Positions 1 to 9,579 of a DNA stretch of 64,000 bases are shown here, one piece after another; position 1 is the stretch's first letter, and the number at the start of each line of letters is the position of its first letter. The DNA comes from a virus. A model generated the notes under the pieces. The model was given only the letters and a program-made list of their open reading frames with translations. It did no database searches and was not told the origin of the DNA. Both the position numbers and the translations under genes were made by a program. Where the stretch lies: IMG/VR virus record IMGVR_UViG_3300021962_000088, positions 4,074 through 68,073 of that record. The stretch is one strand, 5' to 3'.

Positions 1-43
1 CGAAAGATATAGAATACACCCGGGAAGAGATAGATGGTATGTT

Positions 44-322
44 ATGAATCATTTAAAGGTTCCTAGGTATCAATTCTTAGTTGTTTCTCAAGTCAACTAT
101 CAAACACTGAATCAAATATCAGGACTATGGCCCGACAAGCGTCAGTTAACAATTAAAGGCAAAGAAGTAGCCAACATCTTCCATAACTATGATAAATCGG
201 ATGTGTACCAATATCAGCGTATATCTTCTTGGTTGAACTCCGGAATGGTCTTTAAAGACTTTGCTAGATCTACACCCAGACAACGATCTATAGCAGCCAT
301 GGTCAATAAGAAAGGACCCTAA
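44..322 (+). CDS. hypothetical protein
   Basis: ORF track; the stop lies inside a terminator hairpin. Confidence 0.4.
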   Translation: MNHLKVPRYQFLVVSQVNYQTLNQISGLWPDKRQLTIKGKEVANIFHNYDKSDVYQYQRISSWLNSGMVFKDFARSTPRQRSIAAMVNKKGP

Positions 323-336
323 GGTCCTTTCTATTC
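311..336. terminator. bidirectional rho-independent terminator (aaggaccCTAaggtcctt) between convergent genes
   Basis: Perfect inverted repeat with T/A-rich flanks on both strands. Confidence 0.5.
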
Positions 337-376
337 TACTAATATAATTTAATAGGCCGCTACGCGGCACATAATA

Positions 377-643
377 TTACTTCTTTGTACCGCTGTTAAC
401 AAAACCGTACATTTTTTCGGCGGTTTCTAATACTTTATCTAACCCTGGGAATTCAGGCATGTTGACCTTGCTAACGATTTGATTAGTCTTTTGATCGCGT
501 TCAGCTGTCATTTCCCAACCTTGGAACTTAACGCTGTACTCGGTTTGTACTAGATCCTTAGCCATGCCAAGAATGTCTGTGCGGATTTCATATCCGTTCT
601 TGTTGAATTTAACTTCTGGTAATTTTGGTGTTTCGAATGACAT
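377..643 (-). CDS. hypothetical protein
   Basis: ORF track. Confidence 0.4.
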   Translation of the reverse strand: MSFETPKLPEVKFNKNGYEIRTDILGMAKDLVQTEYSVKFQGWEMTAERDQKTNQIVSKVNMPEFPGLDKVLETAEKMYGFVNSGTKK

Positions 644-669
644 AATAATCTCCTTTGTGTGTGTATGTC

Positions 670-993
670 TTACTTGGCTTCTTTTTCTACTTTGTAGGGA
701 GCCTGTGAAGCCTGCTCCGTCTTTGGAAACAGATATTTACTAACTGATTCCACAGAATACTTAGCCATGTCAATGGTGTTGTTTACAGCCATCTTGGCAA
801 ATTGTGTTTGTGAATCGATGTATGCGTGTGCTGCCTTGTTTAAAGCAGGATCTTTGAAAACCTGATCAGTTATGATCTTTTTTGTATTTTGAAAAGATTC
901 GATATAAAAAACTGGTGAAAACATAACTCCTCCTTGTGTGTTTGTGTATGTATTATTATATATGCCTAAGGGATATAAATCAAGAGTAAACAC
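670..993 (-). CDS. hypothetical protein
   Basis: ORF track. Confidence 0.4.
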   Translation of the reverse strand: MFTLDLYPLGIYNNTYTNTQGGVMFSPVFYIESFQNTKKIITDQVFKDPALNKAAHAYIDSQTQFAKMAVNNTIDMAKYSVESVSKYLFPKTEQASQAPYKVEKEAK

Positions 994-1112
994 GATTTAT
1001 TCCGCCATTATACGTCTAGCTGCTTCATGATTGCCCATGCGAGCAAAGTGACTTGCGGCACGAGCTCTGCCAAATGAGTCCATCACGGACCAGATATAAT
1101 TGATAAACGATT

Positions 1113-1373
1113 TCATAGTATTTTTCCTTGTGTGGTTTTTTGTTCGAACTCTTTGGTAAAGTGTTCTACATCTACGGCGTTTTGTGGGTGTCGGGATGAT
1201 ATGTAGCGGTCTAAATCGCTTTGATAGCTCTGTTTAGGGAACATTTCAGCAAGGCGTTCTAATATTCCTAACATCTTAATGCTTGGTAATTTCATTTTTC
1301 TGTCCTCTGTAAGTGTGTATAGAATCAGTGTTTCTACTGAGATATTTATACTAATCGTTGTGCGATCGCACAT
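1113..1373 (-). CDS. hypothetical protein
   Basis: ORF track. Confidence 0.4.
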   Translation of the reverse strand: MCDRTTISINISVETLILYTLTEDRKMKLPSIKMLGILERLAEMFPKQSYQSDLDRYISSRHPQNAVDVEHFTKEFEQKTTQGKIL

Positions 1374-1432
1374 TTACGAAATTACAAATAGATTATATAA
1401 TAGGTTAAATATACGATAGGATAATTAATATT

Positions 1433-1717
1433 ATGAAATTAAGCACACGGTCAATCCTCCAAGAACTCAATCAAGTTGCTTCTGTTAGGAATGCTGACGC
1501 TGTTATTGAAAGCAGAGCTACAAATATCATAAATTCTGCTATCAATCTAATAGAGTCTATGAAAAAGCAGTATAATCCTGAAGTAGCAGACGAGCTAGAG
1601 CGTAGATTACTTAACGCTATCCGCGGACAGGACCCTGCTAAATTTACCAGAGGCATACGTAAAATTGCCGAATCACGAAAATCTAAAAGAAAATTGGATG
1701 AAAGCACAGATGATTAA
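1433..1717 (+). CDS. hypothetical protein (overlaps the next ORF by 52 nt in another frame)
   Basis: ORF track; AT-rich promoter-like region upstream. Confidence 0.3.
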   Translation: MKLSTRSILQELNQVASVRNADAVIESRATNIINSAINLIESMKKQYNPEVADELERRLLNAIRGQDPAKFTRGIRKIAESRKSKRKLDESTDD

Positions 1718-2570
1718 TTTGTTCGAAGGCGGCAACGTATTTAAAACAGCCGACAAAACACCCATAACTCAACGAATAGCTACCAAGGATGTAGCAGGAA
1801 CCGTCGACTTTCTAGAAAAAATCACAGGACTAGATTTTACCAAAGAAATAGACCCAGACGATAAAAAGCCTGTGAAATGGCTAGGAACGACTGGTCGTAA
1901 AGAAGATCCCGACGGCACCTTTGAACTTAATAGTTCGGGAGATCTAGACCTTTCAGTTGATGCTAGGGAAATTACTAAAGAAGAACTAATAGCAAAATTA
2001 GTAGATTGGTGTAGAGCGAATGGTATAGACGAAAAGGATATTTTTAATCAAGGCACAAAGAAAAACGATGGTTGGATTAAAGATGCTGGCGACAATGTTC
2101 ATTTTAGAACACCTATACTAGGTGACCAAACTAACGGTTTCGGTCAAACAGATTTCATGCTCACCGTCAATCCTAAGTTCCAACAGGGTTCTATGCGTGG
2201 AGGTAGTGGAATTTATCGCGGCGAACACAGAGCTATTGTGTTAAGTAGTATTGCTCGTGCTAGAGGATTTAAGTATAGTCCTAAATTTGGACTTCTCCAT
2301 GGTGATACCAATGAACCTGTAGAGAACGGCGATGATTGGAATGTAATTGCTAAACAATTATTAGGTCAAACAGCCACTACTAAAGACATCGGTTCGGTTG
2401 ATTCTATTATCAACTATATTAAAAAATTGCCTAACTATGAAGAACTTGTTTCGGCAGCAAGGGAAACATTAGGAAAACAAAACATAACATTACCTAAACA
2501 AGAAGCTCTTGAAAATTATCAACCAGGAAGTATAGGTTGGATGCGTAAAATGATTGAGATCGTTAAATGA
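1665..2570 (+). CDS. hypothetical protein
   Basis: 301-aa ORF; ATGA overlap with the downstream gene. Confidence 0.45.
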   Translation: MPNHENLKENWMKAQMINLFEGGNVFKTADKTPITQRIATKDVAGTVDFLEKITGLDFTKEIDPDDKKPVKWLGTTGRKEDPDGTFELNSSGDLDLSVDAREITKEELIAKLVDWCRANGIDEKDIFNQGTKKNDGWIKDAGDNVHFRTPILGDQTNGFGQTDFMLTVNPKFQQGSMRGGSGIYRGEHRAIVLSSIARARGFKYSPKFGLLHGDTNEPVENGDDWNVIAKQLLGQTATTKDIGSVDSIINYIKKLPNYEELVSAARETLGKQNITLPKQEALENYQPGSIGWMRKMIEIVK

Positions 2571-3700
2571 GAGCATTTGAATTTTTAATCGAAAGCGACA
2601 ACAAACCTAAAGTAGGGCGTGAGATGCCACACCCCGAAGATCGCATCGTGATCGACGGATCCAAAGGTGCTTTTGAATCCTTGGACGAACTTGAATCGAT
2701 GGCTAATAGTGTCGATGATGTTACTGTTAAATGGGACGGATCGCCTGCTATTTTCTTTGGACGTAACGAAGCCGGTGACTTTGTGTTAACAGACATAGCT
2801 GGATTTGGTGCTAAAGGCTATCAAGGAAAAGTTACCAGTGCTGATGATCTAGAAAGCATGGTGTTGAACAGAGGCAAAGAAGTTAACGATCAACGTATAC
2901 AGTTCGCTAGTTCAATGAAAGGCATATGGGATAAATTTGCTCAAATGGTTGAACCTAATTTTCGAGGATATCTAAAAGGAGACCTGTTATATTATACAAC
3001 GCCTCCGAAAGATAAAAACAATGATTATGTCTTTACCCCAAATACAGTGACTTATAATATTCCATCAGAATCATCAGTAGGTGGACAAATAGCCCGTAGC
3101 CAGAGTGGTGTAGTAGTGCACAAATATGTAGATTTTAATGGTAATTCTACTAACATAAGTTTTCCTATAAAAGGTATAAAACAACAGGGTCCTGTATTGA
3201 TATTACCCCCTGTTGTATCTAATCAATTACCTAACATTGATACGGCTAAATTTAAATCACTAAGACAATATGTCACTGGCCGTGCTAGAGAAATTGATAC
3301 CCTACTAAATGATGATCAGCTAGCCGCTGATAAAATGGGAGATTTTAAAAATCTTCTCTATCGCTTTGTTAACGAACAAACAGAAACTGGTAGTTTTTCC
3401 CAGTTGAATAAACGTTTCCTAAACTGGGTTAACAGCGATCCCAAAGTCAGTGCTCCGAAGAAGGCCAAAATACAAGGATATGTTAAATCTCATTCCGGTG
3501 CGTTTGAAGCAGTGTTCACAGTTATCGAACAGATGATGGCTCTCAAAGACGATATCGTTTCTCAGCTCGATCAACAGCAATCCGAAGTTAAAGCCAGCAT
3601 CGATGGACGTCCAGGTGGCGAAGGTTATGTCAAGGGTGGCAAAACAAAATTAGTGCGTAGGCTACACTTTACCGCAGCAAATCGTGCCAAAACACGCTGA
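2567..3700 (+). CDS. putative ATP-dependent RNA ligase (Rnl1/Rnl2-like nucleotidyltransferase); N-terminus MRAFEF
   Basis: Motif I KWDGS (KxDG) about 55 aa from the N-terminus, candidate motif IV/V SGVVVHK...IKGIK about 130 aa later, 377 aa, comparable to T4 Rnl1 (374 aa). Confidence 0.45.
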   Translation: MRAFEFLIESDNKPKVGREMPHPEDRIVIDGSKGAFESLDELESMANSVDDVTVKWDGSPAIFFGRNEAGDFVLTDIAGFGAKGYQGKVTSADDLESMVLNRGKEVNDQRIQFASSMKGIWDKFAQMVEPNFRGYLKGDLLYYTTPPKDKNNDYVFTPNTVTYNIPSESSVGGQIARSQSGVVVHKYVDFNGNSTNISFPIKGIKQQGPVLILPPVVSNQLPNIDTAKFKSLRQYVTGRAREIDTLLNDDQLAADKMGDFKNLLYRFVNEQTETGSFSQLNKRFLNWVNSDPKVSAPKKAKIQGYVKSHSGAFEAVFTVIEQMMALKDDIVSQLDQQQSEVKASIDGRPGGEGYVKGGKTKLVRRLHFTAANRAKTR

Positions 3701-3777
3701 TATCTGACGTTTTCTCCAAACCCTTATAAATAATATGCCGGTCCCGGAGCGGGATCATTGATTAAGGAGAAAATATC

Positions 3778-4143
3778 ATGGCAGATCTATCAAGCACATA
3801 CGTAGCGAATAATTTTAATAAATTCGCAATCAACACATCAGACGCAGGCCACGAGCTTGTAGTTCAAGTTACTAAGAGCGGTTCTGGTAACTTAACAAAC
3901 GCTGTTCTATTGGCAGTATATCGTCAACTAACAGCAGCAGGCGGTTCAGGCAATGGTTCCGATACTAACGGTCCAGACGCTTTCACATTCGCAGCTTTTG
4001 GTACAGCTGACGGTTCAGCATTTGTAAGCGGAACAACTACAGATGTATTTTTCCGTCTACAAGGCTCAGGTGGTACTCCAAATACAACTACTGTATCTGG
4101 TGCTTCAATCACTGTTATTGCTAACTTCAAACCAGCACTATAA
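3778..4143 (+). CDS. small Gly/Thr/Ser-rich protein, probably highly expressed (virion-associated?)
   Basis: Strong SD (taaggagaaaatatcATG), stable hairpin in the leader, and a strong terminator immediately downstream. Confidence 0.5.
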   Translation: MADLSSTYVANNFNKFAINTSDAGHELVVQVTKSGSGNLTNAVLLAVYRQLTAAGGSGNGSDTNGPDAFTFAAFGTADGSAFVSGTTTDVFFRLQGSGGTPNTTTVSGASITVIANFKPAL

Positions 4144-4182
4144 TTGAGTAATTCCTAGGGATGGGAAGGAAGGGCCGGATTA

Positions 4183-4209
4183 ATTTCCGGCCTTTTTTTA
4201 TCTGCGTAA
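4183..4209 (+). terminator. rho-independent terminator (gccggaTTAATTtccggc + T7)
   Basis: GC stem followed by ctttttttt. Confidence 0.7.
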
Positions 4210-4222
4210 ATAATAGCAGATT

Positions 4223-4618
4223 ATGAACCGTTACCGAATCACAACACTAGTAGACATAACTCGCAGTAAGGCTACCAGATCCGAAACCAGCGAGTTAAAG
4301 CAAGGACAACAGAGTAACTTTAATACTCTGATACAGGTCATAGGCCTCCGAGCCAATATAGCCACAGACTACGATCCGAAACAAGACGAAGGTAGATTAC
4401 CTGATCCTTGGAAAGGTAGGGGTACATATTGGATCTATGAATTTGAACCAGAACGTGCTGACGGATTTCTCGACGGCGACAATCCTGTAGGGCACTTAAT
4501 AAATGACCTTAACGGTGTACCCATAGTCGACGGACTAAATAACAGTATAAATTTTGATCTTCCTGCTTTTATCACAAAAGGCAAAGATTTCAATACGACG
4601 ATTCAGATTTTGGATTGA
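4223..4618 (+). CDS. hypothetical protein
   Basis: ORF track. Confidence 0.4.
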   Translation: MNRYRITTLVDITRSKATRSETSELKQGQQSNFNTLIQVIGLRANIATDYDPKQDEGRLPDPWKGRGTYWIYEFEPERADGFLDGDNPVGHLINDLNGVPIVDGLNNSINFDLPAFITKGKDFNTTIQILD

Positions 4619-4720
4619 TCGGATAAATAATATTATCAAAGGCAAAACCATTAGGCATTTCTAACTTAGGCACATGGCTCGGAGCGAGCACTTGACTTAA
4701 CATACAAGGAAACAGCCATA

Positions 4721-5041
4721 ATGGCCACAGTAGCGGAACGTGTTAGCATTGTAGAAGTACAGGTAGCTAACTTAGATGAAAAACTAGATGACATTAAAGT
4801 AGACGTGAAAGAAATGCACGACTGCTTGGATCGCACAGGCGAATCACTGTCTAGAACACTCGCAGATATGAGAACAGAATCTACAGCACAGCACAATGAA
4901 CTAGCTGGTAAGATCAAAGACTTAGAAAAACATAAACAAAAGCTAATGACCTATGGAATGATAGGTCTAGCATTTATAGCTGGTTTAGGTTGGACTGGAC
5001 AACTAAGTATTCAAACTATCTTCAAGTTCTTCGGCGTATAA
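4721..5041 (+). CDS. coiled-coil protein with a C-terminal transmembrane helix
   Basis: Heptad-like acidic N-terminus; C-terminal MIGLAFIAGLGWTG hydrophobic segment. Confidence 0.4.
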   Translation: MATVAERVSIVEVQVANLDEKLDDIKVDVKEMHDCLDRTGESLSRTLADMRTESTAQHNELAGKIKDLEKHKQKLMTYGMIGLAFIAGLGWTGQLSIQTIFKFFGV

Positions 5042-5059
5042 AATATACGCACTTAAATA

Positions 5060-5082
5060 AAGGACCATAGGTCCTTTTTTTA
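5060..5082 (+). terminator. rho-independent terminator (aggaccATAggtcct + T7)
   Basis: Inverted repeat plus T-run. Confidence 0.7.
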
Positions 5083-5528
5083 TGACTAAAAATATTCAGC
5101 AGCGACTAGACACAGTCATTGCTAGAGTTAACAAAAAGCTAGTACAACAAGAACAATTAATCCCTAAAAAAACGGATAAGGGTATCCTTGTTGGAGATGT
5201 GTTGATAGAAAGTTTAGGATCAATAAAGAATATATATCAAAGAGATCGCTTGATTTTTGCCGACGTATCCTTAAACAAAGTAGCGGTCAAGGTGGCTAAT
5301 CTTATGGCCATTGACCATATAAGATATCAGCAAAAAATAGATCAATTGATCATGATGGATTCTAAATTTGGATCTGCCCTAGCAGAATATCAGATGTTTA
5401 AAGGAAGATTAGCAAAAGCACACGCAGAACAAGACCAGTTCCGCATAGACATGTACCTAGCCCGCTTGGGTTATGTTAAATCCTCGGCTGAATATTGGAA
5501 AAAACAAGCTCTGAGTTTGGCTGGATAA
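5082..5528 (+). CDS. hypothetical protein
   Basis: ORF track. Confidence 0.4.
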   Translation: MTKNIQQRLDTVIARVNKKLVQQEQLIPKKTDKGILVGDVLIESLGSIKNIYQRDRLIFADVSLNKVAVKVANLMAIDHIRYQQKIDQLIMMDSKFGSALAEYQMFKGRLAKAHAEQDQFRIDMYLARLGYVKSSAEYWKKQALSLAG

Positions 5529-5562
5529 GTAATAAATATATGATAATCCTGGATGGGCAAAC

Positions 5563-6381
5563 ATGAAAACAACAGAACTATTTAAAAAAGCTGACGCTAA
5601 AACGATCAACGAAACTATTGAAAAAACATTTGGTCAACGCATCAGTTTAGAAAACTATACTCTAGATCAACTAGAAGATTCGCGTAACAGACTTAGAACA
5701 CAGATTTATCAGTTCAAGCAAAACTCTGGATTTAACGAAACTATTGAAAACGACGATTATTCTCGTGCTCAATGGATGTTAGATGCTATCAACGCAGAGA
5801 TAGATCAGCGTGGCGAAGTTACTATGGAAAGCCCAGAAGGAAATCCGGAAACCCAAACAGGAGAAGAAATGAACACTCAAGTAAGAGAAAGTGCTACAGA
5901 CAAGGCCAGTGCTGTGGTTACTGCTAAATCTATGGTAGATAGAGTAGGCCGTTGGATTGAAGACCTAGCACAGATGGAAAATGATCAGTTACTAGAACTA
6001 GGCGATGTTATACGTGATGAGATGGGGCAAGAGCAAGCTAAAGCATTTGTTAGCCAAGTTGCTCCAGCAATCCAATCAGCATTAGAAACATTAAAGACAA
6101 CACGCGAAGCATTGAGCTCAGGAGTTCGTGTACTATCTGGTGACGAGCAACCGACAGACATGTTAGGTGCTGAACCAACCGATGAACTAGGTATGGAACC
6201 CGGAGCAGACATGGGTGCTGCTCCAGCTGCTCCAGACGAATTAAATGCCGAAGAGCCAATTCCAGCAGAAGACGATTTCGCAGCCGCAGAACCAGCAGCT
6301 GGCGGCCCTGAAGAAGCAGGCCGTGCTAAACGTGAAAGCATTGAAAGACAAAATCGACTATTGAAAGTCCTAGCAGGCTAA
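5563..6381 (+). CDS. acidic coiled-coil protein (scaffold-like?)
   Basis: 272 aa with a very acidic Ala/Pro/Glu-rich C-terminus; ATGA overlap with the next gene. Confidence 0.35.
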   Translation: MKTTELFKKADAKTINETIEKTFGQRISLENYTLDQLEDSRNRLRTQIYQFKQNSGFNETIENDDYSRAQWMLDAINAEIDQRGEVTMESPEGNPETQTGEEMNTQVRESATDKASAVVTAKSMVDRVGRWIEDLAQMENDQLLELGDVIRDEMGQEQAKAFVSQVAPAIQSALETLKTTREALSSGVRVLSGDEQPTDMLGAEPTDELGMEPGADMGAAPAAPDELNAEEPIPAEDDFAAAEPAAGGPEEAGRAKRESIERQNRLLKVLAG

Positions 6382-6872
6382 TGAGACTTACTGAATTCGC
6401 ATCTAAAGAAGAACAAGAAAAGCTGGATGAAATACTTCCAGCTCTCGCTGCCGGTGCGGGTATACTGGCTCGAGGTGCTGCCGCTGTAGGCAGTACTGCT
6501 CTACGTGGTGCCGGTGCTGCTGCTTCTGCTATTGGTAGAGGTGCTGTACAGGCCACAAAGGCTGTGGGACAAGGTGTAGCCAAAGCTGCTCCTGCGATAG
6601 GAAGAGGACTAGCCAAAGGTGCTCAAGCCACAGCAAGAGGTGTAGGCAATCTAGCAGGTCAGGCAGTGGGTGGTGCTGTTTCTGGTTTTGGTTCTGCTAT
6701 GAGCGGTGGCAAATCTACCCAAGACCAAGATCAACAACAGATAACACCACAGCAACAAAAACAGCAACAGCAACAACAACAGCTAGCGATTAAAGGTCAA
6801 CAAGATCTATCAAAACAGATCAAAGATCTAGAAACTGCCCTTGCTGGTATCAAACAAACAGCAGGTGTATAA
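6381..6872 (+). CDS. low-complexity protein (Gly/Ala-rich repeats plus poly-Gln tract); N-terminus MRLTEF
   Basis: Repeated GAxAxG units, Q-run encoded by CAA/CAG repeats around 6721-6783. Confidence 0.45.
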   Translation: MRLTEFASKEEQEKLDEILPALAAGAGILARGAAAVGSTALRGAGAAASAIGRGAVQATKAVGQGVAKAAPAIGRGLAKGAQATARGVGNLAGQAVGGAVSGFGSAMSGGKSTQDQDQQQITPQQQKQQQQQQQLAIKGQQDLSKQIKDLETALAGIKQTAGV

Positions 6873-7249
6873 TGAGAATTTTTGAATTTGATGATTCTGC
6901 TGACCCTGGGCGAGAATATGCTATCCGAATAAAGTTAGCATTACAAACACTTATAGGCAGATCTGCCAGCAAAGGCCAAGCAGCCAATTACAACTGGGCA
7001 TTCTTAAATCAGTTACCGGAGCTGAAGGGTCTTAAACTAGATCAAGCTACGTTTGCTAAAATCTATGACAAGTATCCCATAGTCAGCGGCCTAGTTAAAA
7101 ACTTTGAACCTAGTGGCATCAGCCTCAAGGTACCCGGCGTAAGCCAGGAAAAGGAAGATCCTGGCTCAGATATTGATAAATCTAAAGAGAAAGTCAATCA
7201 AACAGCCGCTTCCGCAGCACCTAAGCAATTGGCAAAAGCGGCTATTTGA
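6872..7249 (+). CDS. hypothetical protein; N-terminus MRIFEF
   Basis: ORF track. Confidence 0.4.
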   Translation: MRIFEFDDSADPGREYAIRIKLALQTLIGRSASKGQAANYNWAFLNQLPELKGLKLDQATFAKIYDKYPIVSGLVKNFEPSGISLKVPGVSQEKEDPGSDIDKSKEKVNQTAASAAPKQLAKAAI

Positions 7250-7279
7250 TTTTTATCAAATATCTGTTATAATTGCTAA

Positions 7280-7987
7280 ATGAATATAATCGAAACAATC
7301 AAACCCCCACCTTTTGTAGAAAAGTTCCAGTATAAGAACTGCCAACAAATCAATGATCCAGTAACTCGTAAGCGAGTTTATCTAACCCCCGATGGCGAAA
7401 GCCTTCCGTCAGTGACAACTATATTGTCGGCTACCAAAGACATGACAGCACTAAACGAATGGAAGAGGCGTGTAGGCGAACAAAAGGCCAAAGAGATTAC
7501 CACAGAAGCTGCCGGAGTAGGTACAGCAATGCACAGTAATCTTGAAAGATTTATAGCAGGTCTACAACGCCAACCAGGAAATGCTCCTGTTCATGTACAA
7601 GCTAATTCAATGGCAGATCAAATAATTCTTAACGGATTAAAAGATGTTGAAGAAGTATGGGCCATGGAACAGAGTTTATACTTTCCAGGTTTGTATTCTG
7701 GAACCACTGACCTAGTAGCAGTTTACAAAGGCAACCCTAGCGTCTGCGACTACAAACAAACCAACAAGCCTAAAAAAGAAGAGTGGGTTGAAGATTATAA
7801 AATTCAGCTGGTCGCTTATATATTAGCACATAATGAAGTCTACGGCACTGACATCCGCGAGGGCCATGTGTTTATGTGCTCTAGAGCCTGTGAATATCAG
7901 CAGTTTGATCTGTTACCACAAGACTTTAACAAATACCAAGATCTTTGGTTAGAAAAGGTAGAAGAATACTACACAGCTAACAGATAA
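7280..7987 (+). CDS. putative PD-(D/E)xK-family nuclease
   Basis: TTDLVAVYKG...CDYKQ...QLVAY arrangement resembles D-(D/E)xK plus the QxxxY block of RecB-like nucleases. Confidence 0.3.
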   Translation: MNIIETIKPPPFVEKFQYKNCQQINDPVTRKRVYLTPDGESLPSVTTILSATKDMTALNEWKRRVGEQKAKEITTEAAGVGTAMHSNLERFIAGLQRQPGNAPVHVQANSMADQIILNGLKDVEEVWAMEQSLYFPGLYSGTTDLVAVYKGNPSVCDYKQTNKPKKEEWVEDYKIQLVAYILAHNEVYGTDIREGHVFMCSRACEYQQFDLLPQDFNKYQDLWLEKVEEYYTANR

Positions 7988-8013
7988 ATATCCTATATAA
8001 GGGAAATTCATCT

Positions 8014-9579
8014 ATGGCTGTCGTACAGATATCGAAAATACAGGTCCGCAGGGGACGCAAGAACGGAGAATCAGGAATCCCACAATTATCCAGTGGTGAG
8101 ATAGCCTGGGCCGTTGACACCCAAGAATTGTTTATAGGTAACGGTTCAGTAGCAGAAGGTGCTCCAGCAGTTGGCAATACCAAGGTCCTTACAGAACAAG
8201 ACAATCTATTAGATCTTATCGAATCTTATAGATTTGCTCGCAATGAACCTAGCATCACTAAATCAGTTTTTAGAACCTTACAGAATAAATTAGATGATCG
8301 CGTAAACGTCAAAGACTTTGGTGCTGTGGGCAACGGCATTGTAGATGACACTGAGGCATTTCAGAATGCCCTGAATGAGTTATTTAGAAACGTAGACGCA
8401 GAATACCGTAAAGAATTATTTGTACCTACAGGCCATTATAGAATCGCCAGTCCTTTGTTAATTCCTTCTTATGCTACAGTAATTGGCGAATCACAAGTAG
8501 GTGCTGTTATTATCGTAGATGACACATCTATCGCTTTAACTTCTACCGCAGGCACTGCTCCTGTTGCGTTTGAATCTTCAGATAGACCACACGATATTAT
8601 TTTTAAACAAGTGTCCTTTAGATTTACCACAGGCCATTTTGATCTAACAGGTATGAAAGATGGAATATTTGAACGTTGTACATTCCAAGGAACCTTACAA
8701 ACGTTAACAGACGCCGCTAATGCTACAGTTACTGATCCTATGATCTATGTTTCCAACACAGAAAAGATAGGAACAATCGTCGAAGGCATTACATTTAAGA
8801 ATTGTAAATTTGAAAAGAGCTATAGAGCATTACAATTCGATCAAGTTGATCCATTTAGCAGCAATATAAGTTTTATGGGCAGTGAGTTTAGATTGTTAAC
8901 TGCCGCTATCGAAATAAACGGAGTAGCAGGCCAAATCAACGACTGGTTCATAGACGATTGTTATTTTAACGAAATCGCTAGATACGCATTTAAATCAGAT
9001 TTTGGAACTAATGTAAAAGTTACTCGAAGTAGATTTAGAAAATGTGGTAATGATGATCTCCTACCTGCTGCCCCTAGCAGCGGTATTGTCATGTTTGGTC
9101 AGATAGGTAATAACAATGTAATTGATTGTTCCTTTGATAGACACGCTGCTGCGTATACTACTGTGTTAGTTGATGATGATAGACTGGCATATTCTGAAGT
9201 GTTAAATGGCAGCAAGGTTACAATCACAGATGAGATAACACAAAGTTTATACATATCTCTTGGACCTGTGCCATTAACGATGTTTTCGTCGCTGAATTCT
9301 CATACAATATTAGATTATACTATTTCATTTACCAACGGTTCTGCTAGATCCGGTACATTAGATATTGTCATCGGCGACAGCTTTGCTGGTCCTATCATTA
9401 CTGATAGTTATAGTAGTACCTGCGGTGATGCTAGACCAGAGACAGTTGAATTTTCTGTTCGATTAGTTTCAAACAGCGTAGAGATAAACGGGGCTGAAAC
9501 TATGATTATCGATTATAAGAGCCCATCAGCAGATCTCGTTCCGGACACATTTAGGTATAAAGTAAGTTACAGTGTTTGA
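8014..9579 (+). CDS. tail fibre/tailspike with a pectate-lyase-like right-handed beta-helix (depolymerase) domain
   Basis: N-terminal ISKIQVRRGRKNGESGIPQLSSGEIAWAVDTQELFIGNG (phage tail-fibre N-terminal motif); NVKDFGAVGNGIVDDTEAFQNAL pectate-lyase signature. Confidence 0.6.
   Translation: MAVVQISKIQVRRGRKNGESGIPQLSSGEIAWAVDTQELFIGNGSVAEGAPAVGNTKVLTEQDNLLDLIESYRFARNEPSITKSVFRTLQNKLDDRVNVKDFGAVGNGIVDDTEAFQNALNELFRNVDAEYRKELFVPTGHYRIASPLLIPSYATVIGESQVGAVIIVDDTSIALTSTAGTAPVAFESSDRPHDIIFKQVSFRFTTGHFDLTGMKDGIFERCTFQGTLQTLTDAANATVTDPMIYVSNTEKIGTIVEGITFKNCKFEKSYRALQFDQVDPFSSNISFMGSEFRLLTAAIEINGVAGQINDWFIDDCYFNEIARYAFKSDFGTNVKVTRSRFRKCGNDDLLPAAPSSGIVMFGQIGNNNVIDCSFDRHAAAYTTVLVDDDRLAYSEVLNGSKVTITDEITQSLYISLGPVPLTMFSSLNSHTILDYTISFTNGSARSGTLDIVIGDSFAGPIITDSYSSTCGDARPETVEFSVRLVSNSVEINGAETMIIDYKSPSADLVPDTFRYKVSYSV

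Noticed and set aside
5985-6616. Minus-strand ORFs (118, 69, 96 aa) opposite the acidic and GA-rich genes
   Set aside because: Antisense artefacts of Ala/Gly/Pro-rich coding sequence; no start context.
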